Assembly: GCF_048007035.1 (NCBI RefSeq)
Contig: NZ_CP180355.1
Coordinates: forward strand, 1,387,824-1,451,823
DNA: 64,000 nt
Reading direction: 5' to 3'
Source: Imperialibacter sp.
GTDB lineage: Bacteria; Bacteroidota; Bacteroidia; Cytophagales; Cyclobacteriaceae
Below, one piece after another: positions 49,517 to 59,049 of the stretch. A program made the translations under genes and the position numbers. The stretch's first letter is position 1, and every line of letters starts with the position of its first letter. A model generated the notes under the pieces. That model did not search any database. It had not been told where the DNA came from and was given only the letters and a program-made list of their open reading frames with translations.

Positions 49517-50985
49517 TCGACTGGCTGGTAATAATTGGGTACGGACTCTCCTTGTCGCTGATCTTTCTGTTCAGCCTGGGACAGCTACACCTGGCCATTC
49601 GCTACCGCAAAAGCAAGAAGTTAACGCCAGCGAAAATTGCTCCACTGACAGAGTTCCCGCTGGTGACCGTACAGCTGCCTATTTATAACGAGCTCTACGT
49701 CGTGGAAAGGCTGATCAGGCAAGTATGCCTGCTCGACTACCCGAAAGATAAACTGGAAATTCAGGTGCTCGATGACAGCGACGATGAGACTTGCGTTGTT
49801 GTAGACAACCTGGTTGAAGAATACAAAAAGAAGGGCTTCGACATTAAAGTGCTGCAACGACAAGAAAGAACAGGCTTCAAAGCAGGAGCCTTGCAGAACG
49901 GGCTTGAACAGGCCCGTGCTGAGTTTATTGCTATTTTCGATGCCGACTTCCTGCCAGACCCTCAATTCCTGAAGGAAACATTACCCCACTTTACCACCCC
50001 AAAAGTGGGCATGGTGCAAACCCGCTGGGGTCACCTCAATCGCAACTACTCTTGGCTGACCAAACTGCAGGCCTTTGGCCTCGACGCCCACTTTTCGGTA
50101 GAGCAAACAGGCCGTAGCGCATCTGGCAGCTTCATCAACTTCAATGGCACTGGAGGCATCTGGCGAAAGGAGTGCATAGTAGATGGTGGCGGCTGGACCG
50201 CAGATACTCTCACCGAAGACCTCGACCTTAGCTACAGAGCTCAACTGAAAGGCTGGCATTTCACGTTCCTTGAAAATATTGAGTCTCCTGCTGAGCTGCC
50301 CATCCTTATGCCGGCAGTAAAGTCACAACAGTACCGCTGGAACAAAGGCGCCGCCGAAACAGCCAGAAAAAACCTGGGTGCTGTGCTCACATCGGCCCTG
50401 CCGCTGAAAAACAAGCTTCATGCCGTACAGCATTTGCTCAACAGCTCCCTTTTCTTCTTCCTTTTCACTGCTTCATTGCTAAGCCTACCCCTGCTCTACA
50501 CAATGAATCATTTGCCCACATTTAGCACGCTATTCAATGCGGCGAGTGTATTTGTATTAGGCTTTCTCTTTGTTAGCTATTTCTACTGGGTTGCCAGCGG
50601 CTCCTCATTTCCCAAAAAGACACTGAAATATTTCCTCGTTCATTTCCCCATGTTCATCACCTTCTCTATGGGCATGTCACTTCACAATGCCATTGCGGTG
50701 CTTGAAGGTTGGCTCGGCATTAAGACGCCATTTTTGCGCACGCCCAAATTCAATGTGCTAAAGGATCAAATTTCCTGGAAAACCAATAAGTACGTCAATT
50801 GGAAGCTGACGCCCGCCATCATCGTAGAGGGGCTCCTGGCCGTTTACTTTGCCTTTGGCTTATGGTCGGCCTTCTACCTGTCCGACTTTGGACTGATATT
50901 TTTTCACCTGATGCTTACCATAGGCTTCGGGGGTATCTTCTTACTCTCAATTAAACCTTATGGGTTTGCTGCCTCAAAGGGTTAA
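49492..50985 (+). CDS. Family 2 glycosyltransferase, processive cellulose-synthase-like membrane enzyme
   Basis: There is an N-terminal TM region, motifs DDSDDET, FDADF and TEDLD, the QxxRW motif (QQYRW), and four or more C-terminal TM helices. Confidence 0.8.
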   Translation: MDNLQVLMIDWLVIIGYGLSLSLIFLFSLGQLHLAIRYRKSKKLTPAKIAPLTEFPLVTVQLPIYNELYVVERLIRQVCLLDYPKDKLEIQVLDDSDDETCVVVDNLVEEYKKKGFDIKVLQRQERTGFKAGALQNGLEQARAEFIAIFDADFLPDPQFLKETLPHFTTPKVGMVQTRWGHLNRNYSWLTKLQAFGLDAHFSVEQTGRSASGSFINFNGTGGIWRKECIVDGGGWTADTLTEDLDLSYRAQLKGWHFTFLENIESPAELPILMPAVKSQQYRWNKGAAETARKNLGAVLTSALPLKNKLHAVQHLLNSSLFFFLFTASLLSLPLLYTMNHLPTFSTLFNAASVFVLGFLFVSYFYWVASGSSFPKKTLKYFLVHFPMFITFSMGMSLHNAIAVLEGWLGIKTPFLRTPKFNVLKDQISWKTNKYVNWKLTPAIIVEGLLAVYFAFGLWSAFYLSDFGLIFFHLMLTIGFGGIFLLSIKPYGFAASKG

Positions 50986-52291
50986 ATGGGCTATCGCCGG
51001 AGGACTCTCCTGCATGACCTATTTTTTGCTGGCCTACAAGCTTCAAAGAACAGACGCCTGGATCCTTCAGGGCTCATTCGCTTTACTTTTTCTCGCCTTC
51101 CTGGCTTTACAAAAAGCTGAATTGAAATGGATTCTTGGCCTTGCCATCCTGTTCCGCCTGATTTTCCTATTCGCCCTCCCGGCGCTTTCTGATGACTTCT
51201 ACCGATTCATATGGGATGGCTTGCTGTGGCATCAGGGCATCCATCCATTCAGCCACCCGCCATCATTTTACATGGAAGAGGGTAATGCTATCCCCACACT
51301 GACAACGGAGCTCTACGATGGGCTCAATTCAAAAGAATACTTCACAGTGTACCCGCCTTTTCATCAACTGGTATTTTGGCTGAGCACCGCTACCTACGAC
51401 GGATCATTGATTAGCGCTGTTTTGCCAATGCGCCTGATGCTCATAGGCACAGAAGTAGCCTTTCTGTATGTTATCGCCAGCTACCTGAAAAAAACTGGCA
51501 GACCCTCGTCACTGCTGGCCATCTATGCCCTCAATCCACTGGTCATCATAGAAGTGTCTGACAATCTGCACTTTGAAGGCATGATGGCTTTGTTTCTCAT
51601 TCTTTCGATCCTTTTAATCGCCGACAAGAAATTGTTTGCCGGGCCGCTGGCGCTGGCAGCAGCTATTGCCACCAAACTTACACCCGTCATTGCCGGGCCG
51701 GTGCTGATGTTTGCCGGTGGTAAAAAGAATTGGTGGAAAGTAGTGCTTGTTACCGTACTGGGATCACTGCTCTTCTTTCTGCCACTGATCGACCTCACCT
51801 GGCTAACCGGGCAGGGAGAAAGCCTCGATCTCTATTTTCGAAAGTTCGAGTTCAATGCCTCGTTCTACTACCTGTTCCGGGAAATAGGCTTTTGGTGGAA
51901 AGGCTACAACATTATTGCCACACTTGGGCCACGATTAGCACTCTCAGGTGGGCTTCTTATTCTGATGGTGAGTTGGACAAACTGGCCAAAAGACAGAAGT
52001 CTTTTCCAGGTGCTAAGTATCGTTTTTTTCATCTACTACCTGGCGGCTACGACCGTCCACCCATGGTATGTGGTGCCATTGGTAGCCCTGTCCGTGTTCT
52101 CGGGCTATAAATTCCCCATTGTGTGGTCTTATGCCATTCTATGGACATATATTGGCTACACAGCGACTGGCTACGAAATTCCCTGGTGGGCCATCATCAC
52201 AGAATATTTGTTGGTTATTGGAGTTTTTATGTGGGAAGTGGTGTTACCCCAGAGAACAAAACAGGGAGCAATAAGCTTATTAAAGAGATGA
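50960..52291 (+). CDS. Polytopic integral membrane protein, possibly a GT-C-type/polyprenol-dependent glycosyltransferase
   Basis: The 443-aa ORF has about 11 TM helices and overlaps both neighbouring genes. No catalytic motif was recognised. Confidence 0.5.
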   Translation: MGLLPQRVKWAIAGGLSCMTYFLLAYKLQRTDAWILQGSFALLFLAFLALQKAELKWILGLAILFRLIFLFALPALSDDFYRFIWDGLLWHQGIHPFSHPPSFYMEEGNAIPTLTTELYDGLNSKEYFTVYPPFHQLVFWLSTATYDGSLISAVLPMRLMLIGTEVAFLYVIASYLKKTGRPSSLLAIYALNPLVIIEVSDNLHFEGMMALFLILSILLIADKKLFAGPLALAAAIATKLTPVIAGPVLMFAGGKKNWWKVVLVTVLGSLLFFLPLIDLTWLTGQGESLDLYFRKFEFNASFYYLFREIGFWWKGYNIIATLGPRLALSGGLLILMVSWTNWPKDRSLFQVLSIVFFIYYLAATTVHPWYVVPLVALSVFSGYKFPIVWSYAILWTYIGYTATGYEIPWWAIITEYLLVIGVFMWEVVLPQRTKQGAISLLKR

Positions 52292-52794
52292 CAACACCAG
52301 GAAGATTACTCTTGCTCGTTTTCGCCATTGCCTTGCCACAGTTTACGCAAGCGCAAAGTGCTTACGACTTGCTCCTTTCTACGCTTTACAGCAGGTCGGT
52401 GCCTACCATCTCGGCCGATTCGCTGGCAAGTATCCATCAGGCAAAAAAGCCAATCTTACTTGACACAAGAGCAAAAGCTGAGTTTGATGTTAGCCATCTT
52501 TCGGGCGCCAAATGGGTAGACTACGAAACGTTCAAGCCTGAAATGGTCAAAGACATTGCCAAAGATCAGCCGGTTGTGGTGTATTGCTCCGTCGGCTATC
52601 GAAGCGAAAAAATTGGAGAAAAGCTGAAAGCCCTGGGCTATACTGATGTGGAAAACCTGTACGGCGGGATTTTTGAGTGGAAAAACGAAGGGCACACAGT
52701 GGTAAATTCGAAAAACCAGGTAACCGACAGTGTGCATTGCTACAACAAGCTTTGGTCAGTGTGGCTGAAGGAAGGGATAAAAGTATATGACTAA
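52288..52794 (+). CDS. Periplasmic single-domain rhodanese (sulfurtransferase)
   Basis: There is a signal peptide (LLLLVFAIALPQFTQAQS) and the active-site Cys loop VVYCSVGYRSE (CX5R). The start is the internal ATG overlapping the upstream stop. Confidence 0.8.
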   Translation: MTTPGRLLLLVFAIALPQFTQAQSAYDLLLSTLYSRSVPTISADSLASIHQAKKPILLDTRAKAEFDVSHLSGAKWVDYETFKPEMVKDIAKDQPVVVYCSVGYRSEKIGEKLKALGYTDVENLYGGIFEWKNEGHTVVNSKNQVTDSVHCYNKLWSVWLKEGIKVYD

Positions 52795-53383
52795 AGAAGC
52801 TCTCATTATTTTTGTGAAAAATGCCGAGATGGGCAAGGTGAAAACCCGCCTCGCAAAAGACATTGGTAAAGAAAAGGCGCTTGAGGTTTATCTTGAGCTT
52901 TTGCAGCACACTAAAGACATCACCGCTGATCTCGTGCAGGACAAATACGTTTTCTACTCCAGCTTCATTCCCGAAAACGATATTTTCTCTAACGCCGGAT
53001 ACATATTGAAACAGCAAAAGGGCGATGACCTTGGCGAGCGCATGTCCAATGCGTTCGAAGAAGTGCTCGGGCTTGGCTATGAAAGGGCAGCAATCATTGG
53101 CAGCGATTGTCTGGAACTGGAAACCCTCTATATCGAAAAGGCTTTTGAGTGTCTTGCTTTTCGTGATTTCATTATTGGCCCAGCTCGTGATGGAGGTTAC
53201 TATTTGCTGGGAATGAAAACTTTTGACAGCGGTATCTTCAAGGGCATTGAGTGGAGCACCAGCTCGGTGTACAAAAGGACAACTGACTATATAGAAAGAC
53301 AAAACAAAGACTTCCACAAGCTCCCGCCTCTGAGCGATGTGGACACCATCGATGATTTGGGGAGGCTCAAAACACTAATATAG
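52787..53383 (+). CDS. DUF2064 (TIGR04282-like) glycosyltransferase-like protein
   Basis: The protein is 198 aa. The conserved motifs ALIIFVKNAEMGKVKTRLAKDIG and DGGYYLLGMK are typical of DUF2064. The start overlaps the rhodanese stop by 8 bp. Confidence 0.7.
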   Translation: MTKEALIIFVKNAEMGKVKTRLAKDIGKEKALEVYLELLQHTKDITADLVQDKYVFYSSFIPENDIFSNAGYILKQQKGDDLGERMSNAFEEVLGLGYERAAIIGSDCLELETLYIEKAFECLAFRDFIIGPARDGGYYLLGMKTFDSGIFKGIEWSTSSVYKRTTDYIERQNKDFHKLPPLSDVDTIDDLGRLKTLI

Positions 53384-53384
53384 A

Positions 53385-54260
53385 ATGAAGACCTACAGCC
53401 CATTCCTTTTTGCTTTAGTCGTTCTGCTATTGGCAACGGCCTGCGATCAAGTATTTGACTCATCTGATGAACGGGGGCTCAATGAATATTTCGACACAAG
53501 TTGGGCCAAAAATGAACTATGGGACGACGGACAGGCTGAGGTGGCCATTTACAATGCCGCACGAACCATCTACAACAAACCCCGCTATTTTGATTACGTC
53601 CATATCCTGGTAAAGGAGGATTTCAATATTGAGTTCGGTGTAAAAACGGATAACTACGAAAGAACCGACCTCTATGAAGTAATGAAGGTGAACCAGTTTG
53701 CTGATATCCCAACTGACAATTACCCCTACCACTTTCTTACAAGCATCTTCTTTCACAGAAACAACCCGGTGCAAATCCACAAATTCACCAACTCCAGCCA
53801 GGAGTGGTGCGGCAACACTTTCAAAATGCTGAAGGAAAAAGGCAGTCAGCTGGAGTACACCTACCACAGCTACTGGGACGGACAGGGCGACGATACCAAA
53901 ATGCTGGATGCTACCCCGCTTTGGGAAGATCAGCTGCCTTACACACTGCGAACCCTGAAATTCAAAGACAAACTGTGGTTCCGCATGCCGGTGTATGCTA
54001 CACAAATCAATAGCCGGGCCGACATGCCCCGGGTCTACGATGCCGAGTTTAGCGTGGCGCCACTTGAAGCCATCGACTCACTACCCGGTGGATTGCCGCA
54101 GCAAGATACCTGGCGAGTGACGGTACAGCTGGACGAAGAAAAAATCAACCAGTACATCTTCACGCAAGCCTATCCAAATATCCTCGTGGAAATGGTCGCC
54201 TGGGATGGTAGAAAGCTTCGGCTAAAGGACTACAAGAGGAGCAAATACTGGGAGAGGTAA
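53385..54260 (+). CDS. Hypothetical lipoprotein
   Basis: A lipoprotein signal (LLLATACDQ) is present. No recognisable domain was found. Confidence 0.45.
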   Translation: MKTYSPFLFALVVLLLATACDQVFDSSDERGLNEYFDTSWAKNELWDDGQAEVAIYNAARTIYNKPRYFDYVHILVKEDFNIEFGVKTDNYERTDLYEVMKVNQFADIPTDNYPYHFLTSIFFHRNNPVQIHKFTNSSQEWCGNTFKMLKEKGSQLEYTYHSYWDGQGDDTKMLDATPLWEDQLPYTLRTLKFKDKLWFRMPVYATQINSRADMPRVYDAEFSVAPLEAIDSLPGGLPQQDTWRVTVQLDEEKINQYIFTQAYPNILVEMVAWDGRKLRLKDYKRSKYWER

Positions 54261-54377
54261 ACATGGGTCGGCTTTCCTGAGCGAGCCACTCATTCGAGCC
54301 CTTGAGCGGGTACACCACCTTTCTTTTTATCAGAATGGCAATTGGAAAACCTGCGTCCATTTTCCTATTTTTAATCA

Positions 54378-55067
54378 ATGGACCTGCTCATCAATCTTAT
54401 CATAGGCGGCTTTTTAATTGGGATTGGCTTTCTGGTAAAAGCAAACCCGATGGCTATTGCTGGCTACAATACGATGTCGGAGGAAAAACGAAAAAATGTA
54501 GACATCGAAGGCTTGTCGTCGATGATGAGAAACTACCTGATTGCCATGGGCTTGATGGTAATTGTCGGGGGTTTGATCTTGGATTGGATGGGTTGGCAAA
54601 ACATGGCAGGTGTTTGGCTGATCGTTGCTGTCATGGTTCCAATTCCTTTCATGCTTATTCAGGCTCAAAAATATGATCACAACAAGAGGTCTCCGGGCAA
54701 GTTCGCTGTAGTCATCGCCTTTGTTATCATACTCTTTGTCGGAACAGGCGGTTTTCTATACTATTCCAGCCAACCTGCACAAATCACTGTCGACGGAAGA
54801 ACGATTACCATATCCGGCTTCTTTGGAACAAAAGCGGAAATCGAAAGCGCCAGACTGGTGAACGAAATCGGCAAGATTGGTTTGAAAACAAACGGCTTTC
54901 ATATGGGCGATGTTTATAAGGGGCATTTTATGGTTGAACAACTCGGAGAATGCCTGCTCTTTCTTCAATCTACCAAAGGCCCATTTATAGAAATCGTCAC
55001 TACAGATGGAAAAAAAATTATGGTGAATGGAGTCGATGACTCGACAGCAAAAGTGATTTTGGAATAA
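54378..55067 (+). CDS. Membrane protein (DUF3784-like N-terminus plus a bacterial PH-like C-terminal domain)
   Basis: There are four TM helices followed by a ~100-aa soluble domain. Confidence 0.45.
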   Translation: MDLLINLIIGGFLIGIGFLVKANPMAIAGYNTMSEEKRKNVDIEGLSSMMRNYLIAMGLMVIVGGLILDWMGWQNMAGVWLIVAVMVPIPFMLIQAQKYDHNKRSPGKFAVVIAFVIILFVGTGGFLYYSSQPAQITVDGRTITISGFFGTKAEIESARLVNEIGKIGLKTNGFHMGDVYKGHFMVEQLGECLLFLQSTKGPFIEIVTTDGKKIMVNGVDDSTAKVILE

Positions 55068-55103
55068 TAAACCCTACTCCGTCACAAGCTGTGAGTTCGT
55101 CAA

Positions 55104-55784
55104 CTACTTCAGCTTTTCCATATCCCTCACCAATATCCTCCTGCGGTCAAAATTGATTACATTTTGAGATTTCAGCTCGTTGAGGATGGTGGTTACGGTT
55201 TGGCGGCTGGTGCCTGTGAGACTGGCGATGTCCTTGTGGGTAAATTTTGTCTTGATCAGCATTTCATAGCCTACCTTTTGCCCTCGCTCTTCTGCCATTT
55301 CTCTGATGAAATCAATCACCCTGCTGCGGGCGTCTTTAAATACCAGCGATTCCAGTTTGCGCTCCACCCTCTTGAGGCGAAGGCCCATCAACTTAAAAAT
55401 CCGCAAACTTAAGGCCTGGTTCTCCTTCATCAACTCCTGCATATCGTCGATGGTCATAGGGCAAACCGTCGTGTTGGGATCCAGCGCCTGCGCAAAGTCT
55501 GTCCGCCGCTCTTCGCCTGCAATCGATAGCTCACCAAAAATTTCCCCGGCACCAAGAATGGCCTTCAGGATTTCTTTGCCGTCCTCGGTATAGGAACCTA
55601 TTTTAACACGCCCTTCAGCAATAAGGTAAATATGACTCGATGGTTCGTTGGGAAAATAAATGAACTGATCCTTCTGGAAATGATTAAACGTGTGCCTCTC
55701 TTTCATGTCCGGTACTTTGTGAGGGCAGAGCACGTGATAAAGATCTACCTCCTCAAAATACCATAAACTGGTGCGTTCACTCAT
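55104..55784 (-). CDS. Crp/Fnr-family transcriptional regulator
   Basis: A cNMP-binding beta-roll (GEIFGELS) is followed by a C-terminal HTH (IASLTGTSRQTVTTILN). Confidence 0.85.
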   Translation of the reverse strand: MSERTSLWYFEEVDLYHVLCPHKVPDMKERHTFNHFQKDQFIYFPNEPSSHIYLIAEGRVKIGSYTEDGKEILKAILGAGEIFGELSIAGEERRTDFAQALDPNTTVCPMTIDDMQELMKENQALSLRIFKLMGLRLKRVERKLESLVFKDARSRVIDFIREMAEERGQKVGYEMLIKTKFTHKDIASLTGTSRQTVTTILNELKSQNVINFDRRRILVRDMEKLK

Positions 55785-55858
55785 AATTGGCAGGAAATCA
55801 AGGTTGAAACAAAAGCAATTTCAGCAAAAGGAACCATATTTACCATCTAAAAAGTTCA

Positions 55859-56659
55859 TTGCCCATGGCGTTGCAGATTAGCGAATTGAATATTTACCCT
55901 GTGAAGGGATTGAAGGGGATAAGCGTGAAAGAGGCGGAGGCGCTTGAAAAAGGCTTCCGGTACGACAGGCGTTGGATGCTAACCGACACGACAGGCAAAT
56001 TCATTTCGCAAAGGGAAACGCCTATGCTGGCTCTGATCCACACGGCGATCATTGGAGAATCGCTGGTCATCACCTACGAGGACAGCTCCATTATGGTGCC
56101 GTTGAACAGCCAACACTATTCTGGCAGCAAAGAAAATGTAACTATTTGGGACGATGAAGTGGAAGCACGGATCGTTGGAAAAAACTTCAACGACTGGTTT
56201 TCCGATGTCCTCGGCGAAAAAGTATGGTTCTGCTTTCAGCACGAAAGCAAGAAAAGAGAAGTGGAAAAAAAATACGGAGCCAATTCCATGGTGAGCTTTG
56301 CCGATGGCTATCCCTATCTTTTCATATCCGATGCCTCGTTGAAAGACCTGAATGACAAGCTCGAACAGCCCATTCCTATGAACAGGTTTCGTCCCAATAT
56401 TGTAGTGGCAAATTCAAAACCGTTTGAAGAAGACACCTGGGGGAAACTCTCCGCCGGAGATGCCATTTTCCACTGCCTGAAGCCCTGCGCCAGGTGTCAG
56501 GTGCCCACTATCGATCAGGAAACCGGCAAAATGGGCAAAGAGCCCACAAAAACGCTGGCAACATTCAGAAAACACGAGCACAAGGTGCTTTTTGGCATGA
56601 ATGCCGTTGTAGAAAAACAAGGACTAGTGAAAGTGGGGGACGTAGTAACCCTTTTGTAA
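55859..56659 (+). CDS. MOSC domain protein (YcbX-like; MOSC N-terminal beta-barrel plus MOSC)
   Basis: Motifs include ISELNIYPVKGLKG and FRPNIVV, and a conserved Cys is present (LKPCARCQVP). Confidence 0.8.
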   Translation: MPMALQISELNIYPVKGLKGISVKEAEALEKGFRYDRRWMLTDTTGKFISQRETPMLALIHTAIIGESLVITYEDSSIMVPLNSQHYSGSKENVTIWDDEVEARIVGKNFNDWFSDVLGEKVWFCFQHESKKREVEKKYGANSMVSFADGYPYLFISDASLKDLNDKLEQPIPMNRFRPNIVVANSKPFEEDTWGKLSAGDAIFHCLKPCARCQVPTIDQETGKMGKEPTKTLATFRKHEHKVLFGMNAVVEKQGLVKVGDVVTLL

Positions 56660-56791
56660 ACACTTGCCACACCGGCACCTGAATATGGCCTTTTCTTTTG
56701 GTTTCTTCACCGTAAGAAATACACGCTTTTATTCTGGCCAAAGCAAGGACATTCGCCTTTCAGCCACTATTTTTGAGGCAAAAGGACAAGC

Positions 56792-57343
56792 ATGTCTTAT
56801 CTGTATCTCAAGGCGCTTCATATCATCTTTATTGTCACCTGGTTTGCAGGCCTGTTTTATATGGTTCGCTTGTTTATCTATCAAACAGAAACCCAGGAAA
56901 AGCCGGAGCCTGAGCGCAGCATTCTCACCAAAGAATACAAGCGTATTTCGAAGCTGCTTTGGTTTGGCATTACCTGGCCATCAGCCATTTTAACGCTGGT
57001 ATTCGGCCCGCTTGTGCTCAACTCCCTGGGGTGGGCACTGGCCACCCAGCCATGGATGATCGCCAAGCTGGTTTTCGTGTTCTTCCTCTATGTTTATCAG
57101 TGGGTTTGTCATGTAAAATTCAGGAACCTGCAGAAGGATGTCTATAAAGACTCCGGCTACTACCTGCGCATTTTCAATGAAATAGCCACCGTTCTTCTTG
57201 TAGCCACCGTTTTCCTTGTGGTGCTCAAAAACATTGTAAGCCTGGCATGGGGCATGGGAGGACTGATAGCTTTTACCGGGGCACTCATGTTCGCCATAAG
57301 GAGTTATAAGAAGTGGAGAGAGAAAACTAATTCAAAGGATTGA
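56792..57343 (+). CDS. hemJ: Protoporphyrinogen IX oxidase HemJ (UPF0093/Slr1790 family)
   Basis: The N-terminus LKALHIIFIVTWFAGLFYMVRLFIYQTE is typical of HemJ. The 183-aa protein has five TM helices. Confidence 0.7.
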   Translation: MSYLYLKALHIIFIVTWFAGLFYMVRLFIYQTETQEKPEPERSILTKEYKRISKLLWFGITWPSAILTLVFGPLVLNSLGWALATQPWMIAKLVFVFFLYVYQWVCHVKFRNLQKDVYKDSGYYLRIFNEIATVLLVATVFLVVLKNIVSLAWGMGGLIAFTGALMFAIRSYKKWREKTNSKD

Positions 57344-57999
57344 AAATGAAAAAACTAATATTCTCGATAATGGCGGTCGTAAGCCTTAGTGCCTGCACCA
57401 ATTTCGGAGGCGAAAAAAAACTACCCATCCTTGGCAGAAGGGAAGTGACGACGGTAGAAATTGATGGCGTAACAACAGCCGACACTATCTACCACACCAT
57501 TGCCGACTTCAGGTTTCTCGATCAGGACAGTGCCTGGGTGACCAACGAAACGTACGATGGCAAAATCTATGTGGCCGACTTTTTCTTCACAAGCTGCCCC
57601 ACCATTTGCCCGATCATGAAAACGCAAATGATACGTATATACGAAGCATTTGAGGACAATCCAGAAGTAGGCCTGCTAAGCTATTCTATTGACCCGCAGC
57701 ATGACACCGTAGCGGTGTTGCACGATTTTGCAGAACGGCTGGGTGTAAAAAGTGACCGCTGGCACTTCGTCACCGGCGACAAAGATGCTATTTACGACCT
57801 GGGAGAAACCAGCTACATGGTTGTAGCCGGTGAGGATCCCGATGCTCCTGGTGGTTACATTCATAGCGGCGCCTTTCTTTTGGTGGACAAAGATCGCCGG
57901 ATCAGAGGGGTTTACGATGGCACGGTAGAGGAAGCGGTAAATGAACTGATGGAAGACATGAAAATTTTACTTAAAGAATACAACAAAGAAAAATCATGA
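57340..57999 (+). CDS. SCO1/SenC-family copper chaperone (thioredoxin fold)
   Basis: There is a lipoprotein signal, the CxxxC motif FFFTSCPTICP, and a conserved His downstream. Confidence 0.85.
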   Translation: MKMKKLIFSIMAVVSLSACTNFGGEKKLPILGRREVTTVEIDGVTTADTIYHTIADFRFLDQDSAWVTNETYDGKIYVADFFFTSCPTICPIMKTQMIRIYEAFEDNPEVGLLSYSIDPQHDTVAVLHDFAERLGVKSDRWHFVTGDKDAIYDLGETSYMVVAGEDPDAPGGYIHSGAFLLVDKDRRIRGVYDGTVEEAVNELMEDMKILLKEYNKEKS

Positions 58000-58484
58000 G
58001 TAGAAAGAGAATTTTAGCATTGGCACTGGTTTCGTTCATGGCTGCCAGCATTTCAATGACAAGCTGTTCTTCAGGCGACAAAAAGCAAGAAGCAAAATCC
58101 GACGACATTTACGACGGGCTCGATGAGAGAACGAGCATCAGACTACGCCAGTACATGAGCGAGGGGGCACAACTATATAAGCAAAACTGTTCTGCTTGCC
58201 ACCAGATGGAGGGCCAGGGGCTGGCAGCGCTTATCCCACCCCTTGCCGGGTCCGACTTTTTGATGGCCGATGCCAAAAAAGCCGCCTGCATCATTAAAAA
58301 TGGCCAAAGTGGTAAAATTACGGTAAACGGCGTCGAATACGACGGTGTCATGCCCATGCTCAACTTGAAAGACCTGGAAATAGCAGAAATTCTCACCTAC
58401 ATTTCCAATTCGTGGGGCAACAAAAAAGGGTTAATTGATGTGAATGACGTAGCGGCGTTTTTAAAAGATTGCGAGACCAAATAA
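57996..58484 (+). CDS. Class I mono-haem c-type cytochrome lipoprotein
   Basis: The haem-binding motif CSACH is followed by a distal Met (GVMPML). Confidence 0.8.
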   Translation: MSRKRILALALVSFMAASISMTSCSSGDKKQEAKSDDIYDGLDERTSIRLRQYMSEGAQLYKQNCSACHQMEGQGLAALIPPLAGSDFLMADAKKAACIIKNGQSGKITVNGVEYDGVMPMLNLKDLEIAEILTYISNSWGNKKGLIDVNDVAAFLKDCETK

Positions 58485-58489
58485 ACAGA

Positions 58490-58521
58490 AGAGGCTGCCG
58501 ATGGCAGCCTCTATTTTTTTA
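58490..58521 (+). terminator. Rho-independent terminator after the hemJ-sco1-cytochrome c operon
   Basis: GAGGCTGCCGATGGCAGCCTC is a hairpin followed by TATTTTTTTA. Confidence 0.7.
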
Positions 58522-58597
58522 CCTGCTTGTTGGTGGATAGACGGGCTAATCAATTGCGTTCGTCGCAAGTCTCACAGCAAAGGCTGGCTACTCCAAA

Positions 58598-59023
58598 CTA
58601 CCGCAGCGCCTTCCCCTCTTCCAGCGACTTCAGCATTTCGTCTTTCACCTTGTCTATTTTTTCCTTTTGATCCTTCAGGTAGACCAAGACCTCCGCAATC
58701 GGCGCCTCATTGTCAGGCATTTCAAACTGCCTCATCCATTCCATCATGCGTTCATTGGCATCTTCAATTCTTTCGGCCGTCTGCCTCAAAGTGCTTATTT
58801 CAGCAGCAAAATCCTGATCAGTCAAAGTACTCAACGAGTCTGCCTTTGCTTGTAAATCCTTCGCCGTTTTTCTCAGCTCTCCCATTTTAGGCATTACCTC
58901 ATCGTGTGCCGCCATCACTTCAGCCATCAAGGCATCCTTCTGCTCCTTTTGTTCACTGGAGCACGCAGTGGCCGTTGCCACCATGAAAAGAAGAAATATC
59001 ACCTTTTTCATTTTCTTAGCCAT
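58598..59023 (-). CDS. Hypothetical helical lipoprotein
   Basis: There is a lipoprotein signal (ATATACSS) and a charged coiled-coil-like remainder. Confidence 0.45.
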   Translation of the reverse strand: MAKKMKKVIFLLFMVATATACSSEQKEQKDALMAEVMAAHDEVMPKMGELRKTAKDLQAKADSLSTLTDQDFAAEISTLRQTAERIEDANERMMEWMRQFEMPDNEAPIAEVLVYLKDQKEKIDKVKDEMLKSLEEGKALR

Positions 59024-59049
59024 TGGTTATTTAACTCTCTTCGTTTGCA

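Noticed and set aside
52547-53317. 256-aa minus-strand ORF spanning the rhodanese and DUF2064 genes
   Set aside because: Both plus-strand genes have clear family motifs. The minus frame has none, so it is a shadow ORF.
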